Assembly (NCBI GenBank): GCA_030141605.1
Contig: JAQGDQ010000282.1
Location: 186,001-250,000 of the forward strand
Reading direction: 5' to 3'
DNA: 64,000 nt
Source of the DNA: Tubiluchus corallicola
Lineage: Eukaryota; Animalia; Priapulida
Shown here: one piece after another, positions 37,917 to 52,900 of the stretch
Numbering within the stretch: position 1 is the first letter of the stretch
How the letters are laid out: the number at the start of each line of letters is the position of its first letter
Notes under the pieces: generated by a model
Databases searched by the model: none
What the model was told of the DNA's origin: nothing
Seen by the model: only the letters and a program-made list of their open reading frames with translations
Position numbers and translations under genes: made by a program

Positions 37917-40900
37917 ATGTATTCAATGGAAATCGAGTTCAATGAATTTGACGAATACAAACAGTGGAACGAAGTATACCAGGTGGGCATTTCGTTTTAA
38001 CTTTCTCGTTTTTTTCAGGCTTTTGTTAAACTTAAAGTTAGTTAAGTGACCAAGCTTAGTTTTGAGGCTGATATATTAGCGTAGTGGTAACGTGACTAAT
38101 GAACATTTGATACTAGAAATAATAGTGAATATTCTACTATACATTTGTGCAAGTGTAACCTATACCATTCGTAGACAATGACAATCTACACTATTTATAA
38201 ATTGGTAGAGATTTACGTCAGCTGGCTCTGATTTATTATTCATGGCATTTTTGCTTCTGTGTGATTTTGAATGAGAAACTAAATTTTACTCATTTGCAAC
38301 CCGTAAACCAATAAATACCAACTAAAAATTAATTATAATGTTATATTTATGTTTTGTTTTAATTCATTACAGTTGTATTGTACTAGTATTTTTACTAACA
38401 GGTGAAAAATAAATAAATTCTAAAAAAGTTCTACAATTCTTACAACGTGAAAAATGTAAACTTCCAATTTAGTTATGCAGAATTGAAAATTTTATTTGGT
38501 ACTTTGCACAGGTTTTTCTGTGTGAAGTTTAACTTATCCGATTTTAACATAGACATGATGGACTTGTTTTCAAAGATTCGCTTGGTAGTCCTTACTTTTA
38601 TTAGTGTATTACCATACATGCTTCATAATTAATACTTCATTCTCAATAAGATTTCATAATTAATCAATAAGGTGATTATCTGTGTTTTGCTTTTTGTTGT
38701 TTTAGAGAATTCGTAATGAAAGCTCAAAGTCAGATGTGTCTACGTCTGATGCACGCAAGGAACCAAATCGGTCACGTAATCGATATCGAGATGTAAATCC
38801 ATGTAAGTAATTTTTTTATCATTGAATACGGTTCCAAGAATTTAGTCTTGTTTGTCAAAGATGTGGTTGTTGTTTTTAATATTGTTACTTAATTAGCAGT
38901 AAAAGTTAATTAACTGCCAGGTTAATGCTACAACTACAACTGTATTTAATCTGAATTGATGATTGAATTGTTCCGGCATATAGGATGTTACTGATGGAGC
39001 TTTTGAATTTTGTTAGTGAATTTAATGTCAACATTGAGTAACTAGCATTGATTACCAAATTTGTTTAGCAAATTTACAAGCATATGCTTTAGCGATGTGT
39101 ATCAATAATTGATTATTCAAAGCTTTGAACATTTTTTATTATCTGATAAAACTATTCGATTTAACCTAATTACACTGTATTGAGCATATACTGAATGTTA
39201 CCCACTCTTTCACTGAGGTAAAAAACTGTGGCACTAAGCCAGCATCATTGTTTGCGGTCTTGGCTGTCACATGGCAAAGAATTATCATTCTACTGTCAGC
39301 TATCTATCCTGGGTAATAATAATTCACTAAAAAGTCGGTTTCATCATTAGTCATCCTTATGGCATCAAAGAACTAAGAATTTTGAAGTTAAGAGTTTGGT
39401 ATGGTAACAATGCGAAAAAGTTTCTTCAAACAATTAACATACACACACTGCTACAGTTTTTTTTTGTTGATTTTCACATGTGAGCTACCACAATGAGTGG
39501 AATCGGAAAACATCCCATCCGTTATTCGAATAGTTTTTTCTCGAATATCGGAATAAATTATTTGAAATTCCCATCTTTAATATGCTTCATACAAATGCAG
39601 TGTTGTAAGTTGAATATATTTTGGCAGAAGGTACGGGTGAAGAAATGATAATTGTAGCCAAAAAATGAGGGCATAGTAAGAACAAAGACGAGGCTCACTA
39701 ATTTGTCATCAATTTTAGAAATCTGAGCTCAAAAAAAATTAGTTTTTGTGTAGCATTGCATTATAGTTATTCTACCCTTTCAAAAATTTTTTACATTAAT
39801 CACTGTCAGAGTGACACTGATTTCTTAGTAAGTTCAACGTGTTGTTATTATAATTTATATGTTTTTTTATTCCGGTGAGTGTTAGTATTAGTATAATTAT
39901 TATTCCTTATTTTAATAATTTCCCTTACTGTTAAATTTTATCATTTTATATATTAAACTTTTATTGTTTTACTATATATACATATATATATAAATATATA
40001 CAAAATTTAACAGTAAGAGATACTTTATATATATATATATATATAAACAATAAAACTTTAATAAGAGACTATATATATGTGTGTGTAGTTTGGCTAGCAG
40101 TTTTATTAATTTTTGAGTTTATGTTATCCGTATTAATACTGTACTCTGCACAAATTCGAATGTGTTGCCAATATTGGCTACAATTAAATAAGTCGCTTTC
40201 ACTTCTTCGAATTTAATGTCTAGCTAACTGCTTCTTTGTTTAGTTACTTGAACTATTCTTGCCGGCGCACAGTAAAGATGGCACAGGAAAAAAGGACACA
40301 AATGAAAAAGTAGGAAAAACGGCAAACTTATAAAATTTGAGTTTTGGATTAAGGTTACAGAGGGGATTTTAGTTATTTTTACCTCTGCCAATGAAATTAT
40401 GCCTAAACGCTGTTTGTTTGTTTGGCTGGTTTTTTGCCTATTATATATGTAGCAGTAAGCCTATTATGCAAAAACTACTTAAGAGGTTTCCGAAAGCAGG
40501 TAGGGCACAAGAAAGATGTATTTTGATGCAGAATCCTGGACAGGGGGAGGGGCGAAAATTGCCAAAGTGGGGCAGTGCCAAAGTTTTTTTTCACAAAACT
40601 TGACAGAACACCACTTACAAAAAACATTTGTAAAGCAGTTCATGGAGGTCTCACAGGGACTGCTACAGCTCTTTGGAAAGAGGAGGACTTAAGCAATTCT
40701 TTTTTGTTATCTCCACCAGGACAGACGACTATGAGTTACTTCGATTTCGAGAAATTCTCGCTTGGAAACCAGTGTAATGCTGTCTATAACTTTTTCTTAT
40801 ACGTAAGCTGATTTAGTATGAAAATACATATATTTGTCAGTCTATTACCATTGCCAAATAGTTAAAGAAATGTAGACAAACACTGTGTGGAATGTTTGTG

Positions 40901-43900
40901 CATTATTCATTATAATTCTTTTTAATGAATAAAATATTTTGCTAGTCCATATAATACTTATACATTTATATTTCTGTTCGTATAATATGCTCAAATATTT
41001 GGTTGATTTTTTGTGTTCTTTGGATTATTGCAAACTTACCCATAAGCAACAGGTCATGTGCTCACCCTCTATGCTGGAGCTTTTAAATTCGACTCATTGC
41101 GATGGGCCAGATCATAGTTTGTCAGTTGCTGTTATTGTCTAATCAAGCTCATGGAAAAAGCAGATCAGTTAAAAACAGGATGTTACTCAGTGATTAGCCA
41201 TGTGTGGTCTTGTTGGTCACTTTTCTATATAAATAGATAGGCTGGCGTAAGTACACAATGTGGCTGCCGTGTTGGGTGCAAGGACACAAGGTGACAAAGT
41301 CTTGTCTAAAATGAACTGTTGAATCGTCTTCATCAAATTCAGCAGTCTGGCAGCAGTATTATCTTAAACTACGTATAAAGTATAATTTAAACCATGACGA
41401 ATATAAAGTATACAAGCGAAAAAGTATTCTATGAGATTTTTAAGTGCTCCATTATGGTGCCATTTGTGCCGTATTGACTGTATAAATTTGATTTTCTGGA
41501 TATTGGTTTTGAATAGCTAATTTATAAAAATTAAATCAAGTAAATATGAATGTATTTTCAGACTACACGTAAGGTACACGTAATTGCAGACTGTAACTTA
41601 TCAATCGCGAATTCCTAATCGTAGGTTTTACTTTTGTAGGTATACGTGATGTAAATGTACACATACTGACATACACGTAAACAAGAACTCTTGGGCATGG
41701 CCCTGCCTGAAACCCCTTTCCTTAACATTTTACAACAGACTTGTCAAACCTATAATGTAACAATAATTCCATAAGTTCTAAAAAGTCTTTCTTTGTTATT
41801 GGCATTTGTCAGTAGAGAAGTGGTGGATTCACGGAGGGGCTGTAACTAATAGGGTTGCCTGGTTCAGTTTCTCTTGCTGTACGGTTATGATTCCGCCTCG
41901 CAACTCGTTTTCCCGGAACTGAGTTGAGAAGTTTAGCGGTAAACACGGGTCTCCCTCGCTACTGAGAACTCCACAGCCCCGCTGAATCGCATTATTATGA
42001 ATCTTACACCATTATCCGTAATGAATATAAACGCATCGCCGTTTAAACTGCGAGCTGTAGCAGTTGTTACATGTATTATTATTGCCCCGGCTTTTTGTAA
42101 TGTTATGGTGTGCAGCGTTTATGAGGGAGAAATACACAGAGCAGAGCGTTTTTACTAGGGCGTAAAAACCATGGTTAATGTTCGAGTAATTATTACAAGC
42201 TGTTTGTGTTTAGAGAATTACCCAGAGTAGCTGCTAATAAAAATGAAAACAATATCCATTCTCTTAATTAAATGATGTCGGGCATCGTTAAGTAAAAAGA
42301 TTTCTCAGTCTCACACTGGTTGGTGGCCTACTCATTTTGCTTACGTTGAAGTAAGCATGTTAGCTTTTCTTCCTTTTCAGAGGCAGCTGATTTGTATGGC
42401 TTTGTAATATAAAGACAGTGCTTTCGTACTGTGTATAAGGTTCTCGATGGTTTGCATAAAAACATGCATTTAAGTGATTAAAACTCATTTTTCTGATGTT
42501 TATTGGCTGATTTGACTACTCCGCAATTTGCTAAAGTCCTCATTATGATCATATGCAAAGCGGAATTACTGCAGTACATTTACCCTGGTTTGGGCTCCAC
42601 TGTGGGAATGACTACATAATTATTATGTGAAATACACGTGCGTAATTCCTATCGATTTTTTATTTCGAGAATAAATTGGAAGTAGAACTTGCACTTAGCT
42701 AACTGTCCCAAGTGTGTCAGCTTTATCCACGCCAGCGTTCTGGCTTCAGAAAGTTCTCTTTATTGCACGGCAGGCTTCCAATAAAATTCATCCGAACATG
42801 TTTTTTACAGACAACCATAGCCGAGTGAAACTTAATTCAGAAAACGACTATATAAACGCCAGCCTGGTAGAAGCACCAAAGGCCAACCGGAAATACATTC
42901 TGACTCAGGTAAGGAGGCAAGCTCTTGTAGCACAGTAACTTCCATTGTTCGTGGTTGAAAACGTTTTCTCCAAATAGGAAACTTTGTTGGTTAGCCAGCA
43001 AAATGGTAATCGAACGTTAGTGTACAGTTATGAGCAATGCTCCGAGAATTGAAAGTTTTCCTGGTTACGTACTGCAAACGTTACATGTTCAGTAACATAC
43101 TGTCCACATTTGGACCCTCTAGACAAAAAAATAACTCTGTAAACTTGTTAACAGCTATTATTAGATTTACTTACAACATATACTGTATTGAACAATTGAG
43201 TATGTTTATAATTGCGAATGGCCCTGGAGCTCTTATTCGAGTCAATGTCTTTTGTTGGTGTGGACATAGTGCCGCGTATATGTATTTTGTGCTTATGTTA
43301 TGAATTTATGCTGATATTAATTTGAAATATTAACTATTAATGTAGAATTAGTAGAGAACTAAGTTCAGCTTTCAACTAACAGTGTTGTTTTAGAGACAAA
43401 TTCAACAGTTCAAATTAGTCATACATTTGTATGCAAATACCCTTAGCAATCCATACAAATTACAACGATTTGGACAGAAAAGACAAATTTAAAGTACATC
43501 GCAAAAAAATTCCATACAATTTTATATTACTTAGTATTATGCTTCTTTGCTTGAATAACTTAAGTACCGGAATAGAAAATTCTTAGTAATTTAAAACTGC
43601 ACCATCTGGTAAAATATCACTGACTCACTTTCCCAGTGTGCACCATTGATTCACCAAAAACTTATTTTTAATGTTATGGACAAGATAAAGTAATTTATAT
43701 GTTTGCTTAGTTAGTAAAGTGTGAGCTACGAATGTTCAGATTATTCTTTCAAAATTGATGCAATGTTATAAAAACTTGTTTTCAAACGACTTACGTTAAA
43801 ATGGCCGTACATAAGGGTCATCGCGGGAGTTTAAATTTTCAAGCGTTTCTACTAACACAAGCTCTGTGTGCAACAAGACAGTAATGCGTAGGTGATACGA

Positions 43901-46900
43901 AGTTTCAAGACGATTTTTTAGCTTTCTGTAAGTTAAGGGTTTTCTTGTGCTTCAAGTTTTTCATCTTTTCTCTTTTGAATTACTACACTTTTTTGGAAAC
44001 TTCTGTAATAACGAGAATTAATGAGAAAAAATCTGTGCAGATGCAGTTCTTTTTTAGTTTTAGACATCGATTGATTTTTTTCACCTTTGAAAATTAAAAA
44101 ATACGTGTAATGGTAATATTTTTAATTTAGACTAAAAGCACACGAACTGTTCCGTACTTTGTGTTCTTGGTTTTTCGCAATAAATGGACAGTTTTTTCTA
44201 GCAAATTAAAGATCTGTTTTCTCAATCTAGTTATTGATTTAGATTTTTTACAACTTACGTAGTTTAGGAAAATTGGATTGCTAACAGCTGCGAAAAGAAA
44301 TTTGTGATTTACAGAAGTATTCACCATTGCTTTATGGTGAAAAATACGTAGTATATTTTTTTAGAAAGCAATATTTTTTATGATACAGATATTTAATTTA
44401 CATTCTGTTCTTTGTGGAACTAACATTTTGTAGCTTGTAATTATTTAACACAAGGTCATTTTATTTGGCTTGAAAACTATTTCCTGCTACTTTATAATCC
44501 TTGGTAATGGTTGGTCATTAAATTCTAGGTACCTGTACTGAGAAATTTCTGTAGTGGTTTGATACATGTTGTATACTTGAAGCTCGTGCATGTCTATAAT
44601 AACTAGTATTTTTTCGTATTTTTTCTTGTGAACTTAGAATTTAAATGCTAATTTGTAAATTTGATTTTGCTGGCTTTGTTTAGCCAAGTATTTTAATATC
44701 AGTGTACATTCCGGTGGTTAGTCAGTTACATTAACTATTCAAAACTTATTTTCCCGCATATATTGGCAGGTTGTTACAGTTCAGGTTTGCCAAGTTATAA
44801 ATTTATCTTTATGAGTTTTTTACTATTCAATAAATTATTTATAGATTTAATTTTAAGATTATTTTTGATTGTGCGATGAATTGACCATGTATTAATTTTT
44901 GTCAGCATCTTAATTAATTGACATCATCTTGTCTGTCAATTAGTTTATTGATAGTGCTTCAGAACTGCGTAAATAACTAAAAAAACTAAGTTATGCTATC
45001 CCCAGCTTCAGCATCACTAATAAGTGCTTTCCGTTGTTTTAATTTATTGCTTCTTTGTCTTTGTCACTGTTTTATTTTGCAGCGCTACCTTTACTGTTAT
45101 ATTGTAATAATCGTGTGCCTTGACTACCCGTATACGTACCGCGTAATACCGTTCTTTCTTCGAGCTTTCTAAATATGCATCGCAGCTAGTGTTGCTCCGT
45201 AAAAATTTGATACATATTGACCTTAGCAACTCAGCGCGTCGTAGCAGCAGAGTTCCCAGAACTGTTGCTACCTCATTAATTTGCGATTTTTCATCCAAAA
45301 TACCTGGAAAAGCTCTTCTGTCATCGGTGCGAATTACACAAAATGAACTAGAAAAAGTTCGAATCATACACCTGAGGCCATGAGGCGGATCGAATCATAC
45401 ACCTGAGGCCGTGAGGCGGATCCATCTCTCTGCGGGATTAGAAGAGTCGAAAAAAGAGTGTCCTGTATCCCGTTCTTTTAATAGGACATTATTAGTTCAT
45501 AAAACTGATCTGTGGAATTTCTAGTCCCAGGATCATAAAAGTTTAGTTTCTTCTCCAGGCCTTCTTTTCTATGGTATTCCTTACCAGAAAATTGCTTAAC
45601 TGTTGGCTACAACCTCATAGTTACAGTTTAATAAAAATGTTAGCAGATACGCACGATTACTGGCAAATTAGTGTTAATTTTACTACTGGCAAATTTGTGT
45701 TAATTTTCTTTTCTGGATATGTCTTCGTATCGCCACCATTCTGGCGAAGCTGCTTAAGTACGAATGACCACTAGTCTTTGTGCGATTTGTATAAAGTAGT
45801 CACTTGAGCCACAGTTTCCTAGCGGGACTTTAGCTATTAAATCCTTGTCTGAAGATGAACAGTAGTGAGTGTGTAATCCTGGTTAAACATGCGACCCATC
45901 AGGTGATTCGCTAGTCACCATAGATTTATTTGTACAGAATTATCTATCATGTGAGTCAAGCTCACACCTGAGCCGTTGTTCAGCATAGATTACGTGTTTC
46001 TCGGAAAACTTGTCATGAGCTGTAATACGTTGTTGGTATAAGTGTCTTTACGCGCTTTATTAACATTGGCAGTTCCTATATGTACTTGCTCTGACTCTGT
46101 TTCTGTCTAATTGCCATAAACTGTTACTGCATCAAAGCAGAGGCTTGTGCTTATTGAGGGGCCCAATAAAACCGTACCGTGCCAGTGTCCTGTAATAAAA
46201 GCCCGAGCGTCTGCTGCGTGGTTGATCATATTGTACGTATTTCACTGAAATCTGTATCAGTCACATTTAGACGTCTTTTGACCTCTGCGTTTATTGGGAA
46301 TGTGGAGTGATGGCGCCACTTGGATGCTTAGGAGCTGCCACTTTCTCTCCAATAAGAAAAGGCAACCATCAGCAGAGTGCCTAAGCATGACGTTAACTCT
46401 TGTTAATAATCTAGGTGGCCACTTCAGTCAACTGCTGTGTTAATGTGACCAAGTCATCTGGCATTTTGATGCTTTCTTCTGGGGCCTCCTTTACCTTTGT
46501 TTTGATTTTGCATGAGCAACAGTGTCCCAATTTTTTTAGTTCAGAACTTTAAAAAGCATTTGGAAAAACTTACCTGCGCTGTTAGGAGGAATAGGAGGAT
46601 TTTTTAAACAAATACATGTCAAGAGCATAATCTTGCTTTTCACGTTTTTGATGTTAATTTTATAATTATATATGTGTGGCTGCTGTGGTAAATCATGACT
46701 CTTCACTATACTTAACAGAGACAAAAGAATCATCAAAGATCTTTTGTAGGACAAGTCTTCAATAAGCAATTTTTTCTATCGAAGCCATTGAAAAGTTTGT
46801 TATGCAAATTGTCAATTGTAAACTTTTTATTTTAACATCTTTTCTGTTCTATGATTTTCAGGGTCCTCTGTCTCATACGTCGGGGCATTTTTGGCAGATG

Positions 46901-49900
46901 GTGTGGGAACAGAACTCACGTGCAGTCATTATGCTAAACAAAGTTATCGAAAAAGATGCAGTGAGTTACATACATGCAAATGTATATTTATATTTATATT
47001 CAGTGCTAAGTATAATATAGGTTATTGCTGTAAGAAGAAACTTGTTTGTTTTACACAGTTTGGTATGATCAGACTCTGGGAATCAAGTATTCCGCAACAG
47101 GGCCTACTACTAATATTAAAAGGTAGTGGCCTATCGATAGAAAGTAGCCTATTTTTTCAGTAGGTTAGAGACAGTTTGGTAGGAGGTGTAGACAAGCAGA
47201 CTATCTACTTTTGTTTTGAAGTTGTATAAATTTTTTGTAATTACTAGTTTTTTAATGATTGAAATGAAATTTTACCGTGTATTTAAACTTAGTCACGTGA
47301 CTTGTTGTCTGGTATTTATGTTTGTCATAAGAAATAAACTTGTGCAAATTCTCTAACTACTAAGAATTCATTAAAAACTAATTATTTCTCCATATCACTG
47401 TAATAAATTACAGAACCTTGCCTAGAGCACTATTAACTTAAAAAACTGGATGTAGCAGTTAAAATTTCTGCGTAAACTAGCAAGAAACAAGTACAAGCTG
47501 AGTCACGTGTTTTATAGGTAATAATCGTAATATCAGAATTTCTGTGAATTAAGGCGTGATATGAACTTAATTGCTTTAAGTATGTACCATAAACCAGTTT
47601 TTTTAAATTGTTTTGCTAACTTAGTGGAAATTGTTGAAGTAAAATTCTAGTTAGTTTTAAAATGCATATTTATTTTAATTTCATTTATTTTAATTTTTAA
47701 TAGATATGCGTGCTGGAAAAGAGTACTAGTCTAAATTTATAAATGTTTCAACATGTTATATGATGCTTCTTATTTCAGCTGATGGAACAATTACTAATAC
47801 ACTAAACTTTATATACAAACACTGAACTACACTTTTGAAGTATGTTAGACTGAGCTTGAATAAGTAATATTACTATGATTGTTGACAGAGATAGTCTGTG
47901 ATTTAGTAGTATTAGATATTTGTTGAATATTTTACTTTGTTGATAGGCATAGAAAGAATGGTGAGAAAATGGTATACTTGTAAACCTTTAAAAAAAGAAA
48001 TATTTTACTTACAGATTTCTCAAAAATTGCTCAATGTATGTGCCTTATTAATTGCTACCACTTTTTACTCTAGGAGTCGATCCGTGCTTTGAGTGAAATG
48101 TAGTCAAATGAGTCAAAAAGTAAAAGTCAGGTTTCCAGCTACGTTAGGAAACTAAATGTACTCCTGTGTAAAACATTTAAATATAAAGTGCTCGCCATTC
48201 TGCATCTGTTAAATGTGTAGAAATCAACTTACTGTGTGGATTCAGTGCAGTCCTATTACGCATAAACTTTATACGAATGTTTCAACTTTGCACTTGCAAA
48301 CTTATTAAAGTTTTTAATTTTAGTATTGATTTTTTTCACTAATGGTGTATGTACATAGTTAAAATCGTTATGTTACTTTTTCTGCTTATGGGCACTTTGA
48401 TGCACGAAAATAATGAGAAATTGCATTGTCCTCATGTCACACTCATGTAATATGTTCTTTCGCAGGTCAAATGTCACCAGTATTGGCCACCTGGTACTGT
48501 GAATGGTGGTGAGGATATAATGGAGTTTAAAGAAGGCTTCCGTGTAATATTCAAAGAAGATAATGTTTTGTCAGATTACACTGTTAACACCCTAGAGCTA
48601 TATAATACAAAGGTTCGTACAAAACATAGGCACATCTAACTATCTTCCCATAAATTGGATGTTATATTGTTGTGCCTTGGTATTTTCGCATTCTTCTGAA
48701 TATACATGAAGGCCTATATTTTGCAGACATTCCATAAGTTCTATGTAAGCAGAGGTTACCTGTGTTAACTTGGAACTTTATTTGCACATCCTGTGGTGTT
48801 ATAAATATGTAGATGTTCTGCAAGAGGATTATTGTCGGATACAGGACACGGATCAAATTTTCATTGTCGTATTCCATAGCAGTAACTGTTACAGCAAATT
48901 TGATAAGTGCTTTATTACGATAATTAGAGAGAGTGTTGAGCCTATTGTGCAAAAATTTGATCACCTCTGTGCATTGATCACGTGTCAAAAAGTTTCTTAT
49001 ACTGAATACCAGCTAAAACTGATGTCAGACAAACTAGTTTTCTTTTAAGTAAATAATAGCTTAATCTGCACTCTGTGAATATATTGAGGTCATGACATTG
49101 AGGTATTTGCTATTAAAATTGCATGCCTTTTAATAGGTATTTAGCTTTAACTTACATTTAATGTTTTGTTGTTTTCCATTAGAAGTTTGTTTAACTGTTC
49201 AGCTAATTTAGCTTGAAAGAGTTTATACAAATTTAATTGATTAGGTGCTACAGATGTCAAAATGTCTTTAGAGTGCTGCTTGAGCATTGCTATTGTGAGA
49301 GTTGGTATAATAGCAAGAAATCAAATTTTGGCGACCTAATAAAATTTAACAAGATTGCAATTGAAATGTGGCATTTTTTGCCTCAGCAAATGGCATAACA
49401 GATTTGTTGTGTAAATAAGCATATCAACTTCCATTGACTTTGGTTTTTTGTGAAACATAAAAGATACTATATATTAGTACAACAAAAGCATGACACTGGT
49501 CCAAAACATGATTAATCAATCCTTTGCCGAGGAAGCACGCAATCTTAAATATTTTCGTAATTCATCGGCATAATCTGAAAAGTACACATGCAGCAAAACA
49601 CTACCATTCTCAATACTTGTGCCTAGCACTCCACTATGTAAAATATAAAAATAGTCTGTTTTTGTACCAAGGCCTTTTTGGTCAGGTACAGGTCGACTAA
49701 AAGGGAACAGTTTTCTTGCTGACGTGACTGAAGAATTAAATATAAATCTCAGTTGCTTGTTCCAGTTTGGGCTTTAGCTTCAGTCAAGCAGCTTGATGAT
49801 AGTACCTTCCACAGTCTCCTCTCCAGTAGTGGCTCTGTGAGTTAAGGATACTTGTGACAGCAGGGAATGATTTTTGTCAGTATGACTACTTTAGTGCATC

Positions 49901-52900
49901 CTAATCAATATGACAACTAGGTTGTTCTTTATGGAATTAAAACATCATTTCACCAAATAGGCCTACTTATAAAAAAGATTAAAATTGCTTGAGAGTTAGT
50001 TAGGGCAATGCCTGGTTATTTTTCATGTTACATTAATTTTTGATCATATTTTTATTTCCTTCATTTTTAGGAGGCTCAGTCACGGGAGATACTGCATTTT
50101 CACTGTACAACTTGGCCAGATTTTGGAGTTCCAGAGTCTCCTGGTTCTTTTCTGCATTTTCTGCAAGCTGTACGTGATGCGGGGGTGTTGAACTCGGATG
50201 TCGGTCCAGCGGTCATTCACTGCAGTGCAGGCATCGGTCGATCGGGGACGTTTTGTTTGGTTGATACTTGCCTTATACTAGTGAGTCACTTTGTAGCAGT
50301 AAAAAACTGAACGATAGAGTAATTAAGAACATTAAATTTCAAGCTTTGCTGGTTTGGTTGTGCAAATTTAATTCTAATGTGATAAGAAAGAAGGCTTTTT
50401 TGGCTTTGGATAAAACTGACATCATTTAAAACTAAGTTAATATTACGATATTGTACATAATGACATTTTCGCACATTATTTCTATGAAAAAATTTCTAGT
50501 TATTCCTGATTCTGGTACTAGGCACTTGTATGTGTCCCACAGTGGTTAATTAAGCATCGTCTCCAGTGACTTGTGGCAACTTTTCTATGAAAAGTGACAG
50601 ATTCTTTGGCCGACTTAAGATTGCTGCAGATAAGTAAAAAGAGACAGACAATTTCTTATTCTATTGTGCTATCAAATTATCAGTGTAGAATATTCTTCTG
50701 GGCTCTGTCTTGGGGTTCTGGCCTATTGTAGTCTACGAATTATTTTTGTCCTTTCAAACACAAAAAATTGCTTGCTCTAGGAGTGCAGAAGGCGTTGTAC
50801 CGTATAAATAAGTGAGGTCTGGCTATCAGTTTGTTGTCAGGTTGAAACAAAACAAGAATTTTTTTTAGTAATCTGGCATTTATTGTACTTAAATAGATGC
50901 AGTAGGTGAGTATAGCAGCTTTAACTATGTAGAATCCCTTATTTTGACAATATCTCCTGAAGAGATTAATAAGGCACTTAATGAAAAGATATTGTTCATC
51001 TTTTTTGCGATCACGCACTGATGAACTTCACGGTATTAAATTATCATTGTTACTGGCCAGTATTTTGATCTAATATAAATTTTTATCAACCTGTTTGGCA
51101 GATTGAACAGTCTCGAAATCCTGATGTTGTTAACATTCGGGAAGTTCTATTAGAAATGCGGCAGTATCGCATGGGGTTGATACAGACTGCTGCACAGCTC
51201 AGGTTCTCCTACTTAGCTATTATAGACGGTGCACATAAGATAATGCAACAGCCTCTGAACGTAACAGACATTCAGGTAAGCATGGACTGTATTTCCTTTT
51301 CTTCTAAAAACTCACAAGTCTTGTTACACATACAGCTAGAGAACACATTCTGGAGTCGTTTTTGAATGCAAATGTATTTATGAAAAAGTTTCTTTCCAAA
51401 TTTGTTGCACATTTTTGAACAAGAAGGCCTACTCTTGCAAGCTAATTTGTAATGCTAATTCATGAGTTAGCTCATTGCACGCAAAAAATGCTTTTCTGAT
51501 GAGAGATTGAACTATTTTGGTTTGGTTTGTTAAACTTTGGATTTTGGAAGGTCCTCAATAAACAAACAGCAAGAAGTATAAAGTTTTGTGAACTCATCTG
51601 TGAGCCAATTTAGCTAGTAGATGCATGTATGGGATTGTAATATTGGCGTTTAGTTTAGGAACTATTTTAATAAATATAAATTCATCCTTCACCCTTGAAT
51701 GCCAAATAGCTTGTGCGAAGTAAAAACGTTGCCAATGCGGTATGTACTTGCGTGCTGACATCGATGAAACTTACAATAGATTAGTTTATAAAATGAATGT
51801 ATAATTATATCTAGGTAAAACTATAATCTCAGAATCTTTTAAATTTAAGACGTGTATGTAAAATATATTGGCATCTGTAGCGGATAGCCCTACAGGCTGA
51901 ATAGGCTGAAGCCTAAGGCCCGGGATGAAAAGGGGCCTGGCAAAATAAAACGAAAAAAATTTTTTTTGTAAAAAAAATAAATTGACAAAAGAGCAAGGGG
52001 CCCGCCAAAATAAAATATAGAAAAAAGTTTTTTTTTCAAAAGTCAGTCACTATATTTCAAATCGGGTTTACACAATTTAAGTTTACACAATTCACGTTTA
52101 CACAGTTTAAGTTCAAAATTTCAGTTTCCGAATTTTTCTGGGGGCAAAGTCAGTTATAATTACTTACAAACGACGAGAGCCCCACAAAAACACGTCAGCT
52201 CAGCAGTGTAGCAACATTTAAAAGGCCCGTTCCAAGCTCAAGCCTAAGGCCCATAAAATCATAATCCGCCGCTGATTGGCATATATCTTAGTTAGTGCAG
52301 TTTCTGAAGTTTGGAACCTGCAAAGACTTGTAATAAATTTTTGTAATTGTTAGCCACCAAGTTAAGCCAACTGAACCAATAGTTGTCTTCACTGTTTCCT
52401 GTGAGACATACCATCATTTAGAATTTTTTAAATTTCAGTTACATTGGATTATGGATTTTTTTGTTTATCTATTCAGTATACTACTGAATTATTTATTTAG
52501 AACTTGTGGAAATACTGTGATGCTTACATTACCTCATAGTTACCTAAATGATAATAATATGTGAAATAGACTTAATTTTGATTTAATTGAAATTAACATT
52601 TTTTCCATTTTTTTGCAGCGGAACACAATAGACATCGCAAATTCATTGGAATCAATGAAACGCGAGAGCGCAGCTTCTTTGGAGCTGGAAACGAGTGGTT
52701 ATGAAGAAGAGGAGATTACAAAGAATAAAGAAAATGATTTACATACCAGTAATAATCCCGGAGACCAGTTAACGAATGCCAATCCAATTACTCCAAGTCA
52801 TACTGCCAGGTAAGTGTGCTGTATTCCATTTTTTAGTGATAAGAAATGATTTGTAATTTAGTTTATGTAAATATCTTATTTTGAGTGTTGACAAATTCAC

